Of a stretch of 64,000 nucleotides of DNA, positions 40,219 through 53,251 are shown piece after piece. How positions within the stretch are numbered: the first letter of the stretch is position 1; every line of letters starts with the position of its first letter. The notes beneath the pieces were generated by a model. The model had not been told where the DNA came from and made no database searches. It was given only the letters and a program-made list of their open reading frames with translations. The translations under genes were made by a program, and so were the position numbers. Location of the stretch: the NCBI RefSeq assembly GCF_000981445.1, contig NC_027216.1, positions 558,001 to 622,000 of the forward strand, given 5' to 3'. Source of the DNA: Babesia bigemina (taxonomy: Eukaryota).

Positions 40219-40766
40219 ATGGCGTCCAAAAACTCCCCGCCGGTGCTCGTCCCGTCGGACGTTACCATCTGCGAGGGACTCTACGCGACCGGGTCGCGGC
40301 AGTTGTCTTTCAGCGAGCGCCTCGGCCTCCTGCTGACCCCGAACCCTATCCGCTTCACGTTTACCAAGAACGGCCGTACCGAACTGCAGGCCGTGCTCAC
40401 GAAAAGCTACGGCGATAACGACGACACGATCACGCAGATTCTGCGAGCGCGCCAGGAGTCGATCAGCAAACAGGTACGGTCGCCTTCACGGCGCGATAAC
40501 AATGGTTACAGGTGCGATCGCGAGTCTATAATTTCGCTGGAACGGTCGGTCTCAGCCTGCTTTCGCTCTACTCGCTGAGGTATCACTCCATCAAGACAAA
40601 GGTGCTGGTAGTCCCGTTCGCCGCGTACGGAGGCTCCCTCATCGGCCGCGCTTTCGGCGATGCCTACGTCGGCCGCTGGAGCGAATACGGCCGCGACCGC
40701 GCTCTCGGTGACCTGCCGAGCATGCGCTACTTGACTGAATCGGAGATTAAATCGTATACTAATTAA
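40219..40766 (+). CDS. Small 2-TM membrane protein (2 exons)
   Basis: MASKNSPPVLVP.. spliced to YNFAGTVGLSLLSLYSL..PFAAYGGSLIGR. Function not assignable. Confidence 0.75.
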
Positions 40767-41859
40767 CGAAGCGTCGACAGTTCTATGGCTGACAGTTCGT
40801 TGCACTTTAGGTGCATTTTTGACAGCTCATCGTAGCACCGGTCAAATGACAAATCGCCCTGCTCGATGGCCTTCACCTTGTCGGCGATCTGCTGCTTGAG
40901 TGCCTTTATCGTTGCCTTGTTGTGCTCGTGGCACGCGTTCACGTACTGCTTCCGCATTTTCGTGGCATCCGCAGGTTTGACCTCCATGGTTTCCATCGTT
41001 TTGATTTTCTCCTCGATTGACTTCAGGCGGTCCTGCTTTTTGTTGACGGCGGCGATGACCGCGAGGGCGGCGGCCTCGTTTTCCTCCAGCAGCTGGTGCA
41101 GCTCCGCGAGCATCGGCGCCAATTGCGGGCAGCTGTAGAGTATCTTCCAGCGTGTGTCCTCGTTGGAGAGCATGCTCATTACCTCCTCCCTGTCGGCGCT
41201 CAGCAGTGTCTGAAACACCCCCGTCGGGGGATTGCGGCAGACCCTCAGCATCCGTTCGTCGACGTTGGTGGAGCTTTCAGCGGCCACATTTGGGGTGGTA
41301 TCACCTACTGACGATGCGTCGTGGTCATTGTCTTCTGTCCGCATTGCTCCGGTAGACCCTCCTTCGGGACCGTCATTCGGGTTGTGCGCCGTGGCTGCGA
41401 CCCCGGTATGGGGTTGGCCAACTGGCTGCGCGACATGGTGTTGATTCGGGTTAGGTGCCGTCGCAGCAGCAGCCGCGCTGCTGTTATAGCCATCGAACTG
41501 TGTGAGAACGGCCTCCACCACATACACCAGCGGCAATTTCCGAAGCCAGTCCGGGCATCTGCATGAGCATTAAATTAGTCACGAATTCGCTCACGTTATG
41601 ACGCCGTAGCTGTTGGCCCACACGTGAGGCATTGGGTTAAGCATTTTGATTTCCACATCCTTGTCTGGGTAGCCCCGCGGCACCTTGATCTCCAGTATGC
41701 AGTTGGAGGAGCCAAAGACAGACTTCACTGGAAGCATGTACGACGAGGATAACGGCCCCTTGTGTGCAACTGCGCAGGCTGATGATCATGTGCGTTAAAC
41801 TCACGCTTTTTGAAAACCTTTTTCAGAGACGCAATTTCCTTATCTCGGTTAAGCGCCAT
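40763..41859 (-). CDS. UEV/RWD-like N-terminus plus coiled-coil protein (ESCRT-I Vps37/Vps23-like?)
   Basis: ILEIKVPRGYP..PHVWANSYGVI..DW..LPLVYVVEAVLTQF, then a low-complexity linker and a coiled coil. Confidence 0.5.
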
Positions 41860-42355
41860 GTTAGTAACGTGACGACGCGAGCATACGCAGCAGTAGTATT
41901 CGACGCACGACAGGCAACCTTTTTGTGAATCCAAATTCTGTCCTTCTACGGCCGATTTATATCGACAATTGGGGACGCGGCTCTCCGCGTTATGTGGATG
42001 CATAAATGATGTTTACCATAATGCTCCCGCATCACAGTTGTATGTGCTGATAGTATAGAAATTGATTTGACGTTTCCAAACCTAAGGTGGCAGACGCAGG
42101 TTGCATCATCCCGGCCACACATCGATACGCGGATTCCGCTCCCAGACGCGTAGATTCACCGCATTCTACCCTATACGGTCTCATCTACATTTCATTGAAC
42201 TAGTAACATTTGTGCACATCGCTCGTCACCGGCAGTGCTGGCGTCGATAGCGGACGTCATTCTCTGTTGTCGTCGCGGTGCTGTCGTTTTTGTGGAATGT
42301 GTAACGGATCATAGAAGGCATTCGTCGCACATCTTGATACGATGTATTTGCGTCT

Positions 42356-43335
42356 ATGTCTTGCGTTTGTTTTCGTTCTAATCGCGCCGCCATCGTTTTG
42401 TCGGCACGCAAGGTAGGCTATGTACATGTGTGTCTAACCCGGTGGCGTTACAGCAGTCTCGGCATTGTCTTATACTCTCTCAGCACTGACTTTTCCCTGT
42501 CAGAACAGGAGCGTGAGTCACTCCTGACTCGACTCTCCGAACTCGTATCGCAGTCCACACAGGCCCTTGAGGTGTGTCCACCTTCTGCTACGTTACAGAG
42601 TGTTCAGTCGTTAAAAGAGGCTGCGAAGCGTTCGAGAGAGGAAATAGACAAATACAAGTATCTGATTCCCAATAGCAAGGATTCTAAGCCCGTAGAAGGC
42701 GTCCATTTGGGTGAATTAAAGCAAGGAAAAACTGGCGGCCACCCCTCACATAGGGGTTTTACTCAGGTCAAAAGCAGCGAGCCTGCTTCTCCGGAATTTA
42801 TCAGGTACTCGAGCTGCTAATGTCGAATTCGCATATTAATGCAGAAACGCGCTTTATGCCACACAGCCAGTCAGTGGTACTCCCCAAGCTACGGTATCCG
42901 TCGATGCGCTTGAGGTAGATTACGCTACGTGACTAACCACTCACGTATAATTCAGAACCCAAATGACGTGGTGAAGAATGCAACAGAGGTTGCAACTTTC
43001 AGTGACGACGGCTCTCGAGATTTCTTTGAGGTATGCGTGTCTGTCAAGTGTTACACTTTGGGTCAGGAGGAGCTGTATCGCATGAAACGCGAGATTCATT
43101 CCGTGAACCGTTTGCACAGTCTCAAAAATAACGCAAACGTATTGAGCACTGAGGTAATGTTGGGTCTGCTGTCCCCTACAATTCTGCAGATCCGCCGTCT
43201 GATGACCTATAAACCGGACTCATCAACACAGGCGCATTCGAAGGAGGCGCAAAGGTATGAAATATGTGTAAACATCCAATCGTGCACAGAATTGTTGAAC
43301 ACCGTAAATCTCTGGATTGTGGCTGTCCCGGGTGA
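42356..43335 (+). CDS. Hypothetical multi-exon protein
   Basis: ORF pieces separated by ~35-nt GT-AG introns. Boundaries uncertain. Confidence 0.45.
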
Positions 43336-43343
43336 AGTTTCTA

Positions 43344-43800
43344 ATGGCAAAGACGGTTGAGGACGCCTACAAGCGTTGCGAGGACGCAGCGTGCCGCGAT
43401 GGTTCTGAAGGCGACTCGCGGAATGATCGTAGCAACGTCAAGATGCCGCCGAATCGCAAGGAGTTGGGTCGTGCCGGCTGGATGTACCTGCACTCCATGG
43501 CTGCTGACTTTCCCGATGAGCCGGTGGGTTGTCAGGCACTGTTGACGTATTGTCTTTCAGAGTTCTTTGGAGAGTCTGAGGGTAAAAGCGTGGTGCTATT
43601 CGTTTGCCGAGCTTTACCCGTGTCATATTTGCAAAGAAGGTCTGGTTGAGATCTACCGGCGGCTGCCTCCGGTGACTGACAGCCGGCGTGACTTGCTGTT
43701 GTGGACTCATAACCTGCACAACCAGGTGAACGCGGACTTGTCTTACCCACATTACAATGGAACGTATGAGGAGCTGCTTCGTAAGTATGCCCCTATTTAA
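43344..43800 (+). CDS. ERV1: Erv1/ALR FAD sulfhydryl oxidase (2 exons)
   Basis: PP..ELGRAGW.YLHSMAA.FP, YPCHIC redox motif, HNQVN. Confidence 0.9.
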
Positions 43801-44161
43801 AATTACCGTGCGGTGCATCGTCATGATGCCTTTGCAAAAACACTTAGATTGCTGTGCGTGTATAATACAATGCGCCATTGAAATCCCATATCACCATAAC
43901 CTAAATTTTGATCATAATAACAAACGGTATAATCCGCTAATCTATAGGTCTATTCCAATAGAGCGTGCGATGTCGCAGAGCTGGATAGGCACGAAAAGTA
44001 CTCGTAGCTGAAAGTTGTATGGGCAGTACATTGGCCGACATAAAACGCGATTAAATGAGACCATAAACTCATACATACAATTTCAAATGCCAATTATTAT
44101 TAATAATGTTAAACAATGGACGTGCTAGGTACAACATTGACTACGACGCGGAAGACGTAGT

Positions 44162-44452
44162 CTACGATGAATTATTTTTGATTAAAGGCTCGGCGTTGAA
44201 TGTATTGCGATACTCTCTGAAGTAGTTACGCACATTCTCGATCGGTTTCTGATACCAGTTGCTGTACCATGTGATGAGTAAGAGCACTATGAAAACTGTA
44301 AGCATGATGGAGAACGCGACAATGCCTGGAATGTGCGGAGCACAAGCACATGAACAGAATAATGTGCATTGATAACAGTTGTTCTTACAGAACTTAGTTT
44401 TCCCATCACATTCACCGGACCCGTTCTCCAAAAGATGCTGAACGCCAGCCAT
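44162..44452 (-). CDS. Cys-rich single-TM microprotein (96 aa), family member A2
   Basis: CYQCTLFCSCAC plus TM plus WYQKPIENVRNYFREYRNTFNAEPLIKN, nearly identical to the A1 C-terminus. Confidence 0.8.
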   Translation of the reverse strand: MAGVQHLLENGSGECDGKTKFCKNNCYQCTLFCSCACAPHIPGIVAFSIMLTVFIVLLLITWYSNWYQKPIENVRNYFREYRNTFNAEPLIKNNSS

Positions 44453-45570
44453 TTTAACAAATCCTGAACAGCTATGAAGAACGTACTCGGGTTGGAATCT
44501 GTCGTAATATGCGAACGTTCAGTGTTTCTCGAACGGAATAACTCCAGATATAACTATGTCTAGTAAATCACAAGAATTTGTACCTCTTACAATTGGAATC
44601 GCAGTGGATAAGTTAACCATGCATGGTAGTGGGTAATCATTGACCCACAGAAAACTCCACTGCATCAGGTACATGTCACACGTCTTCATTTAATCTGCAT
44701 ATATAATGTCATAATACGATTCGTCGAAGTGCAAGACATTGGAATCCACGTCGCAACTGTCTAAGCTGGACGCGAGACATAGAAGGGTACCACTGCATAA
44801 TTCAAATGACGGACGGCCTTCTTATATTTTACTCTGCATATACGAGAGTACGAATTCACGGAGTTGTTGGAGAACCCAGTGGTTAGTTCGTTGAGCCGGT
44901 TTCTGACGATCATCTCATGAGCCTGGGATAAAATGGCATGCGGAACGTAGACATTCAGAAGCAGATACGACTGTCATCGGCAACAGTGACGTTGTAATTT
45001 ACAACTGTCACATTTATGAACATCACTCCCAGCTGTAGCTGTAGAGTAGGGATGCGGGGCATTTTCAACGATTTCTAACGCGAATTTCTTTCTCACGCCC
45101 CAACTCGTTTTCGCTGACGCTATCATCACATCTTAAAGAATCCAAGCAACTCAAATATCTCTACAACGTTGACGTAGAATGGTTGGCTCAGTCCAAAATA
45201 ATTTTAAGTATTGCGATCGAAGGCCGTGTTATTAGACCCCCAGAATCTCATTTGGCCGCAGCTGGAAGGTTGTTGGCACGCCTTTGAGTTAGCATCACAG
45301 TTCACCATTCTGCTTCATACATAATGAAGGGGTATTTATTTTTTGAAACATCGTTATCGGTCCTTATCGCTTTCCAACAATGGTCTCTCCACAAGCAGCA
45401 ACTGCAATAAAGCTTGAGGTAATGCATAGTCAAGCAGGTCATATGCGCTATGCTAGTTCATATATCTATAACCGCGTGAGTCCATTCCGGACATATAATC
45501 TCCACTAGTGAACTATCCTTCATGTTTTTGAAGACCCCTTCTCTCAGTGGGCGCCAACAGTCATGGTTGT
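44162..45570. repeat. Left arm of duplicated island, copy 2
   Basis: Collinear with 5716-7130 at an offset of ~38,440. Confidence 0.92.
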
Positions 45571-47810
45571 CAAGTCCGGCTGTTTGGTTTCATACAATGC
45601 TAGAAGTCATTGTTCAAAACGGTCGCACTGATACAGCAAATGCCTTAGTTATAATAATAGTTTCAGCTTTATCGTTCAGATCGTCTGTCCGGATATCATT
45701 AGATCACGATCTTCCTCTATCAACCATGCGACGTTAAAGCAGTTCGCAGGTTTACGATACACCCAACGTCTCCACAATATCAGATAAACATATAAACAAT
45801 ATGTAGTGATTATTTACCCATAAACAATACTGAGATGAATTTTTTGGTATTGTGGAAAATCTGTTCCGATATATAACGCCCCGGAGACAGAGAGCGTACA
45901 ACTTAGAATTGAATAAAGCGAATAACTCTCAGAAATAAAACCTATGAACTGTGACGATTTACAAAACAACGATGGGGTTCGAAATTGAGCGCAACTTCAT
46001 CAACCCTCGATGATTAACTACCTCCATCAACTGTCATGTTTGGTTGAGTTGAGGAAAGGCAAGAGAAACCGACGGAGTCGATGCCTCAAACTTGTGGTTA
46101 CAACCATAAATATAAACTATGTTTATATATGATACTGTTGTTTATGATTAATCCCGAAACTGACGAACGCTGTTGTCAGAAGTTTAAGTGAGCTGACTTC
46201 GTTGTTCCAGTTAACTTATGATATACAATGTTGCTAATAATATTTCTTACATGATTCAAGGAGGTGATATGCTTCGTTAATAAACGTGTAAAAACGGAAA
46301 TCCGGCGTGTTAGCATTTATCGCATATGTTACGTTAGCACGTACTAACGTCGCCATTAAGCGAATAAGTATGTTGAAAGTTTTACGTATTTGCTGCATGA
46401 TGGTAATGTTCTACGTTCCTTCTACAGTTATTATAAGCTATATGCGAGGAAAAGCACGAATGGTCCAATTTTGGTATGGAATACGTATTAAGCCGAATGA
46501 CATGAAGTGTCATGCTGCTGTTCACAAACAGGGGTAGCCGTTGTTCGTTAACTACGTTTTGGCTAAAATGAACGCTTTATTATGTTCCAAGGATTAGGTA
46601 TCGCGTAAAGTAATTTGCTGGTCAACAAAACGTCTATAAGTCAACTGACAACAAATCATCTTGGCACGCTGCTAAGAGCTTTAGAGTCTTGTTTGGTTTA
46701 ATATGCCCGCTTACAGACGTCTTCAGTACCCATAGTACTATGACGTCATACACCATCTTAATCTAATAGCCACTGCCAATTAGAATATAAAAACAGTGAG
46801 GAGCTTTGTAATCTGAATATTTCGGAGATTCCAAAATTAACGGTGAACATTGGCAGTTTTACAGATAAATTAATCGTAATATAATATCAACCGACGCATT
46901 TCAGAACACACGCTGTTGACGCTGCCGGCATAATACAGAATCCCATTAGGCCGCTCTGGATGCAGTGTGGGAGCTAAAATGTTTGGAAAGCACATTCTGC
47001 ATATAAAAGTCGTGCTATAACGCGTAAACTTGTGCTTTAACCTTAGTATGTTGTATTGTGGCTCCATACGAACAAAACCAGCCGAGCACACACGGTGGCA
47101 GCAGAACACGGTAGTGCGCTGTATTCCGTTGTATGCCGTGATGACGGCTCAGAAGATACATGATTTGCAGGACCGCTGTGCTTACGTGTCTTAGTATGCA
47201 ACGGTATACCGCAGAATAGCACCGGAAAGAACGCAATTCACAACGGCTTACTATGGCAGCACGTCACCAATGGCAACGCACGCCAAGACTCCGAGCGACA
47301 ATGGCGGCGTACAATTGGAGCAAAATCAATTGAATCAATAACAGAAAACGGTACAAGAAATGATCGCATTCCTTATTATCTCACCGCCGTGCTCAGAACT
47401 AACTGGTACCTCGGGGCGCTGCAGGCTCCGCAGCATGCTATCGGCAACTCATCAGGAAGTTTAAATCATCGATATATAACCATATATAACGCTTAGTTAT
47501 CCACGCCCAGCAGGACGCGTTTCGCCGAAAAGTATGCACGCCACTGACTTGTGTGCTGCGCATGTCATGCCATGTCGGTTGTGTGGAGTTGGCCACGATA
47601 CTGCTACTTGACCATTGCTGGGCGTGCAATATTAATCAGCGTGGTGTGTAGAACTATATTTCACAAATAGTGACGCCCACATTAGACGGTGACGACAATT
47701 TCGTAGCTCGCATTCTGCATTGCGACACAGCTGATTGCATACTGCTGTGTAAACTGAACACACATTAAAAAGACTTACATAGGTCTACTTACATAACTAC
47801 TTTTTCCAAA

Positions 47811-48554
47811 ATGGTATACTATTCGTTGACGGATGCTCCTCAGAACCTCAAGGAGGGTATTGACTGGTTGGTGGCCTTGAAAGGCGATGATGCTGAAAAG
47901 AACTTAAAGGCTATGGGTGAGGCGGTTCACAAGTTCCTCATCAACAAACCTGTCGGCAAGGTGGAGCTGCCAGGCCTCGAAGAAGTTAAGCGTATTACTA
48001 AGGAGTTCCTGGAGAAACCGGAGCTTAAGGATCTGCCGTACGTAAATGACATTCTTGGGAAGTTCGAAGGTCACATTAACAAGGAACCCAGTTTGTTCGC
48101 CAAGATTTTCTATGTCGACGAATGCGACTACAGAAACATCTTGAGGGCCCGCAGAATAAAGCCTGAAGACATTGCGCAGGATGTAACTGAAGTGGTGGAG
48201 AGCTGTGAGCAGTTGATGGAAGGCATGAAAGTACCTGACGAGTATGAGTCTGCTTACAATTACAGGGCGACCTGGGATTCATCGTGCTCGTACAACCCTG
48301 AAGCGTGCGCAAAGGTCTTTGTCGGAATTGCGCCTATGTTGTTCGTAGGTATTGGCGCTATGTTGGATGCGAGGTACGCTGATCTGCCAAACGAAGCAGA
48401 GGGTGCTGCTAAGGTTTTGCAAGCCATGGGTTTCGTTGAGCCGCAGTGCCGCGCTGGCATCGATGCGTCAAAGGCACTTAACGAGTTGAGGGGTGTCGAG
48501 CTTAACGTATTGGACACTCTCTACGACCTCTCTGGATTCTGGGCTTTCTACTAA
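47811..48554 (+). CDS. Short VESA/ves-like variant family protein (247 aa)
   Basis: N-terminal SLTDAPQNLKEGIDWL resembles the Babesia VESA1 N-terminal motif. Also Y.SAY...ATW, CAKVFVGIAPMLF, MGF; ends GFWAFY. Confidence 0.8.
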   Translation: MVYYSLTDAPQNLKEGIDWLVALKGDDAEKNLKAMGEAVHKFLINKPVGKVELPGLEEVKRITKEFLEKPELKDLPYVNDILGKFEGHINKEPSLFAKIFYVDECDYRNILRARRIKPEDIAQDVTEVVESCEQLMEGMKVPDEYESAYNYRATWDSSCSYNPEACAKVFVGIAPMLFVGIGAMLDARYADLPNEAEGAAKVLQAMGFVEPQCRAGIDASKALNELRGVELNVLDTLYDLSGFWAFY

Positions 48555-49918
48555 GTGTGCATCTCACGTGACCCGTCAAGCCATCCAGGCATCGCATCTA
48601 CTTCCGTATTCCCGCTGAGTTAACACAATTGGAGTTCCCGCTGAACATTTTTAGTTTATGAAATGTAGCGAGAGCCATAATTATGCATGCAATATTAATC
48701 CACGAAATTCCTGCCTCCGAATAAGGGAGTCGACCGTTCTAAACTGATATTTAATCTCGTGTAGAGTGCGATTTGGCATGTGATTGTTGCAACGCTGATA
48801 TTTTCTATTTTCGTACATCGGACGGGCATTTCCTGAACGCCCCCAGTTTATGATTCATGGTGTGCACGGCTTTTGACATTTCCAGGTTGATACACAATTG
48901 ACGCAATGTTGGCTTGGTTTGTTACTATAAAGTCTTAGGACTGTAGTGTGACTCCTGAGTCCAATGGCTGTGGACCTGTGAGTATTGCATCAGTTGCCAA
49001 CACAATGATACATAGCAGTTGGGCTTTTGACGGTATATGCCATCATTTCTTCCCGCTAAAAGTGAAACGCACGGATATTCGTGTAGGATGGCTTCTAATT
49101 ATATAGAGGTTATGAATCCTAGGCATCATCTTGCGCAAAATGAAACTGGAAGGTGGGGCACGAGGTCGGTGAAAACGATTTCCATTATATACGATAACTA
49201 GACGATTTGTACCTGGCAACGAATGCAACTACAATGAGCTGTAAGAGATTAAAAACGCGATAAATTCATTTCATGCAGCGCGAGCGTATATGTCACTGCA
49301 TAAGGCTAAAACAAATGCTAACGGGCAGTGTCATTTATTGCAAACCCAAGATGGTGTTGTAATTATAACATTAGAGTTATTATGGAGCCACCATTGATAC
49401 TTCAGTTGAAGAGGAACGTGTAACGATCTGTGTCAGACGTGTTTAAGGAGAGTCGTACTTGACATCCCAGACTGCAGTGTATTTAATTCGTGACACTAAT
49501 GCGAAGGTGAGTAATTGGCAATTTACAACAGCAGCCAAAGATATACATACTGGCCAATACAGTTACTTTTATACTGGCCCCATAAATTCAAGATAATGAA
49601 CACGTCGAGTCGTTAGGGGAAGAGTAGCGTCGTGCGCAGAATCGATACGCATCGCGATGCAACAACACGGTACGTAGTAATGACCCGTATACGAATGGTT
49701 AGGAGCGTTTTAAGGGTAAAATCGTATGATCAAAAACATGGTCGTGTAGCAACACCCTTCACCCGGACGGCTGGTACGTCACTCATACAGTGACTTGGAG
49801 ACACTTCAGGGTAGCTAGGAATGTCTTTCTGGATCGTTTATAGTTGCTAGTCATGACCTACTCATCAAGTCACGACATATTAAATAATTAAACTCGAAAG
49901 TTGCGCTTTTCACAGCAT

Positions 49919-50326
49919 GCCAAAGTTGCGAGTCTGGAATAATTCTTACCCCAGCACAAGATAGTCGGGATGCCAGGTGTGCTGGTATAGGCACTACATC
50001 TTGTCAGTTAGACGACGGTGTTCGAGGTCGGAGGTACGTTTTTTGTAGCTGTGCAGGGTTGATTGCAAACAAGTTAAGGGAAGATGGGTGCAAAAGAGGT
50101 AGGACAAGGTATAGGCTACGGTCTTCTCGCTATTCTAATAGTCACCCTCCCTGTCTTGACCCTTTACATAATGGGGCAAGTTTATAACAAAAGTCTTGGT
50201 ACAATTTTCGCCGAAATACGTGACGAAATCCGTGGTTCCAAGCCTAAACTGCAATAATCTTGTAGCCTCGCTCCGTCCATATAGGGTACCTCTAGCTACC
50301 TCACATCCCATGTCAATTTATTAATA
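49919..50326. repeat. Right arm of duplicated island, copy 2
   Basis: Direct repeat of 9962-10357. Confidence 0.93.
50084..50257 (+). CDS. 57-aa single-TM micropeptide C2 (below ORF-track cutoff)
   Basis: MGAKEVGQGIGYGLLAILIVTLPVLTLYIMGQVYNKSLGTIFAEIRDEIRGSKPKLQ*, paralogue of C1. Confidence 0.75.
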   Translation: MGAKEVGQGIGYGLLAILIVTLPVLTLYIMGQVYNKSLGTIFAEIRDEIRGSKPKLQ

Positions 50327-50578
50327 TTTTACCACTGTTGATAGCCCTTTTGTTGACATAGAAATTGGGCGTATATTTGTTGAACGCAATCGTCTGTGGT
50401 CTCGCGAGTGGCTCACATTGCAACGGCTGCATGTCATCGCCGCCATCGCAAATGAAAATTTCGCATTTGCGTAGCGCTCTGCTTTCCACATAAAACAGTT
50501 AATAACATGCGCTATACGATTTCATTACAGACAACTTATTAGTTACGATTACCCCGTAGAGGGACAGTTTGATTGCAT

Positions 50579-51143
50579 TCACTCCTCTCCGAATAGGTCT
50601 GCCATGTCGTCGACCATGGTCGCATCCTCCTCGATAGTTGGTCCAGGTTCCACATGCGTAGCCGACTGCGTAACTCCCGTGTTGAAAGCCGGTACATCGT
50701 CGTCGTATGACTGTTTGACCCAGTAGCCACAACCCTGGTTGCAGCAGACGAATACAAGCATCATGGCATCGTCATTAACTCGCTCGGGCAGCTGGAAGAA
50801 TGCAGCTTTGTTCCACCCGCACCTGGCGCACTTCCAGTGCGACGTGCGTCCCAGAGTAGGGTCCTTGATTACCAGCGGTGATACAATGATGTCATCTCTG
50901 CGCGCGTGTGCGCCATACATCACCTGACCTACTTTGTCTGGTAGTGGTATGTGGTGCGATTGACGCAGTTGTCGGAAATGCTTGACGGGTCAGCCCAGCG
51001 CGAGTAGTCGCACTGTCGACATAGAAATATGAGCTGTAGCTTGGCAGGGTCCGGCTTTGCGTAGAGAATGTTGTTGCTGCACGTGAGCTCGGCGGTCGGG
51101 CAGTGCTGACATACCACTCGGGGCAGAACTTGAGGTCGCTCAT
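50579..51143 (-). CDS. RPB9: RNA polymerase II subunit RPB9 (multi-exon)
   Basis: KFCPECNNILY..CRQCDY, DPTLGR..CARC..AAFFQ..VFVC..CG. Confidence 0.92.
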
Positions 51144-51183
51144 GGCTGCGATAAGATTGTTTAAGCGTTGTTTGCAGCGTTTC

Positions 51184-51914
51184 CTAAGGTCTTTTGCAGT
51201 CTAACGCGATTTTACCGCCTCCTATGGTGTCGAGCGGTTCCTCGTCCGCTGGTACCTTGAAAGTAAGATCGGCAATGGCAATCCTGAGGCACAGCCCTGA
51301 ACACGTTATCGGCATCACAGTCCGCGCATACCTATAGCTGCCCTCGCGACAAACGCAAACACGCAGCAGCACCTTCAGGTTGTCAGATCGGTGGTAGCGC
51401 TCTTACCTCGCGTACTGCACCGAGGCCAGTTGTAGCGCGAAACCGACCAGATTCCAGCTCTGCAGCGACTGCCACACCTGCACAGGTTGTTTTTAGGGTA
51501 TCTGCGGCACTTACGAAGAGTCTGTCGCACAGCAGCGCCAGCGGCAGCACCGCGTATAGGACCGTCGTGAAAAGCAGCTGAGCCGAGAAGTAATGCGCCC
51601 ACGATATATCCACTCTGGCCCCTAGCCTTTGCAAAGCAACGAACTGCTCAATTTTTAGAGCGCGGCGAACGTAACCCACGATTCCCTGATCCAGGAAGGG
51701 CAGCAGTGTCAGGAGGATCGATATGCCGTCGAGGAGAAAGGCGGACAAAAGTGTCGCATACCAGGCAACTTTTGCAAGTTTGGGTAGAGTCCTACAGCAT
51801 CTGTGCGCTTGCCACCCCGACCTACTGGCGGTCCGTGTAAATCTCGTATAACGCTGCGCCGTACACACTGGAGACTACTACATCGCGTTCTTCCAGCTGG
51901 AAGAACTTGCTCAT
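51184..51914 (-). CDS. Hypothetical membrane protein (structure uncertain)
   Basis: Two hydrophobic segments in ORF 51383-51868, with splice-like sites. Boundaries are guesses. Confidence 0.35.
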
Positions 51915-51944
51915 ATTACGTTTAAGTTACATACGGTTCGCCGC

Positions 51945-53251
51945 TTATGTTTTCTCGCGCTGCAGAACGGCGAGGAAGTATCCATTCATGCCCCGTGATT
52001 CTGGCAGCTGCAGCGTGACGGGCTGGGCGTGCACCAACCCGTGTCTCTTGCAGAAGTAATTCACCTATAGCGTACGTCATTTCGACTGGGAGCGACGCTA
52101 ACGAACCTGCAGCTCATTCTCCTCCTCAAATATGCTACAGGTGATGTATACCAGCCTCCCTCCGGGCTTGAGGAACAGCAGGGCGTTGTCGACTATGGAA
52201 CGTTGCAACGCCGTGTACTCGGTGACCTGGCGATTCTTAATGCGCAGTGCTGCTAGCGTACCTGCTCGACGGTGAAGGTCCACTTGCGATCGGGGTTTCT
52301 CCGGAAAGCCCCTACGCCACTGCAGGGCACATCGGCGACTACCTGTCACAGCCGTTAAACATAGGCGCATAGACCTACGCAGTCCATCTTCCCGTAGTAC
52401 TGCCGCGTATTTGCGATGTTTGGGTCCATTATGAAGTAGTTGCGGATGCCAGCTCGTTTTAATCGCCTTTTGGCCTGGGTCATTTTCAGCTAACGGGAGG
52501 CTCGAGCACATACCTTGAGCAGCAGGTTCTCGTTAACGTCGTGGAGGTATATACGGCCCTTGTTCTCCATCTGAGGGCCGAATATCAGCGCCTTCCCACC
52601 TGATCCGGCGCAGTAGTCCAGCACGTGCTCACCAGGCTGCGCTTCCACCTTCAGCCCGCATATCTGGCTTGACAGGTCCTGTATCTCCACGAGGCCCTTG
52701 TGGTACTCTGGCGACTCTAGCAATGTCTTCTTGTTACTAAGCAGCAGTCCACACGGACTGTCCGCGCACTTCTCGACCGGCACCCCCTTGTGCAGCAGGG
52801 ACTTGTACGCCTTGTCCCGCGACGACCGGAGCGTATTGACACGGAGATAGGTCACTGGCTCCTCGTTGAGTATTTGGCATATCTCCAGAGCCTTGTCTAC
52901 GCCGTACTGGCGCTCTATCCGCTCGAACAGCGGCTCAGGGAACGAGCAGCGCAGGTGCGGCGGCAGCCCCTTGTGCCCGGTCATGTACCGCCACCTCTGG
53001 TGGAGGAGGTAGGTGTTCAGCATGCCCGTCCAGGTGACCGGCTTCGGACTCAGGTGCGCGATGAGCCCCTTCCATCGCTGCACCTCGTAGACATGCTCGG
53101 CGATCCACGCCCTGCTCCCCGAAGCCACCCGGTTGACGCGGAAGTAGTACCGAAGGAAGGTGTCGATAGGAAGGTTGCCAGTGTTCAGCTTCGTGTACAC
53201 CTCCAGGGCGTTTTCCAGGTACCGGGCGCGTTGCGCGTTAATGCCCAGCAT
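51945..53251 (-). CDS. NOL1/NOP2/Sun (RsmB-like) RNA m5C methyltransferase (multi-exon)
   Basis: LRVNTLR, EIQDLSSQ, VLDYCAGSGGK, DVPCSG, LVYITCSI..EENE, GYF. Confidence 0.9.

Noticed and set aside
46485..46880. Possible eroded counterpart of gene B in island 2
   Set aside because: Only scattered short matches (TATTAAG.CG, CATACACC), with no Cys motif or TM retained.
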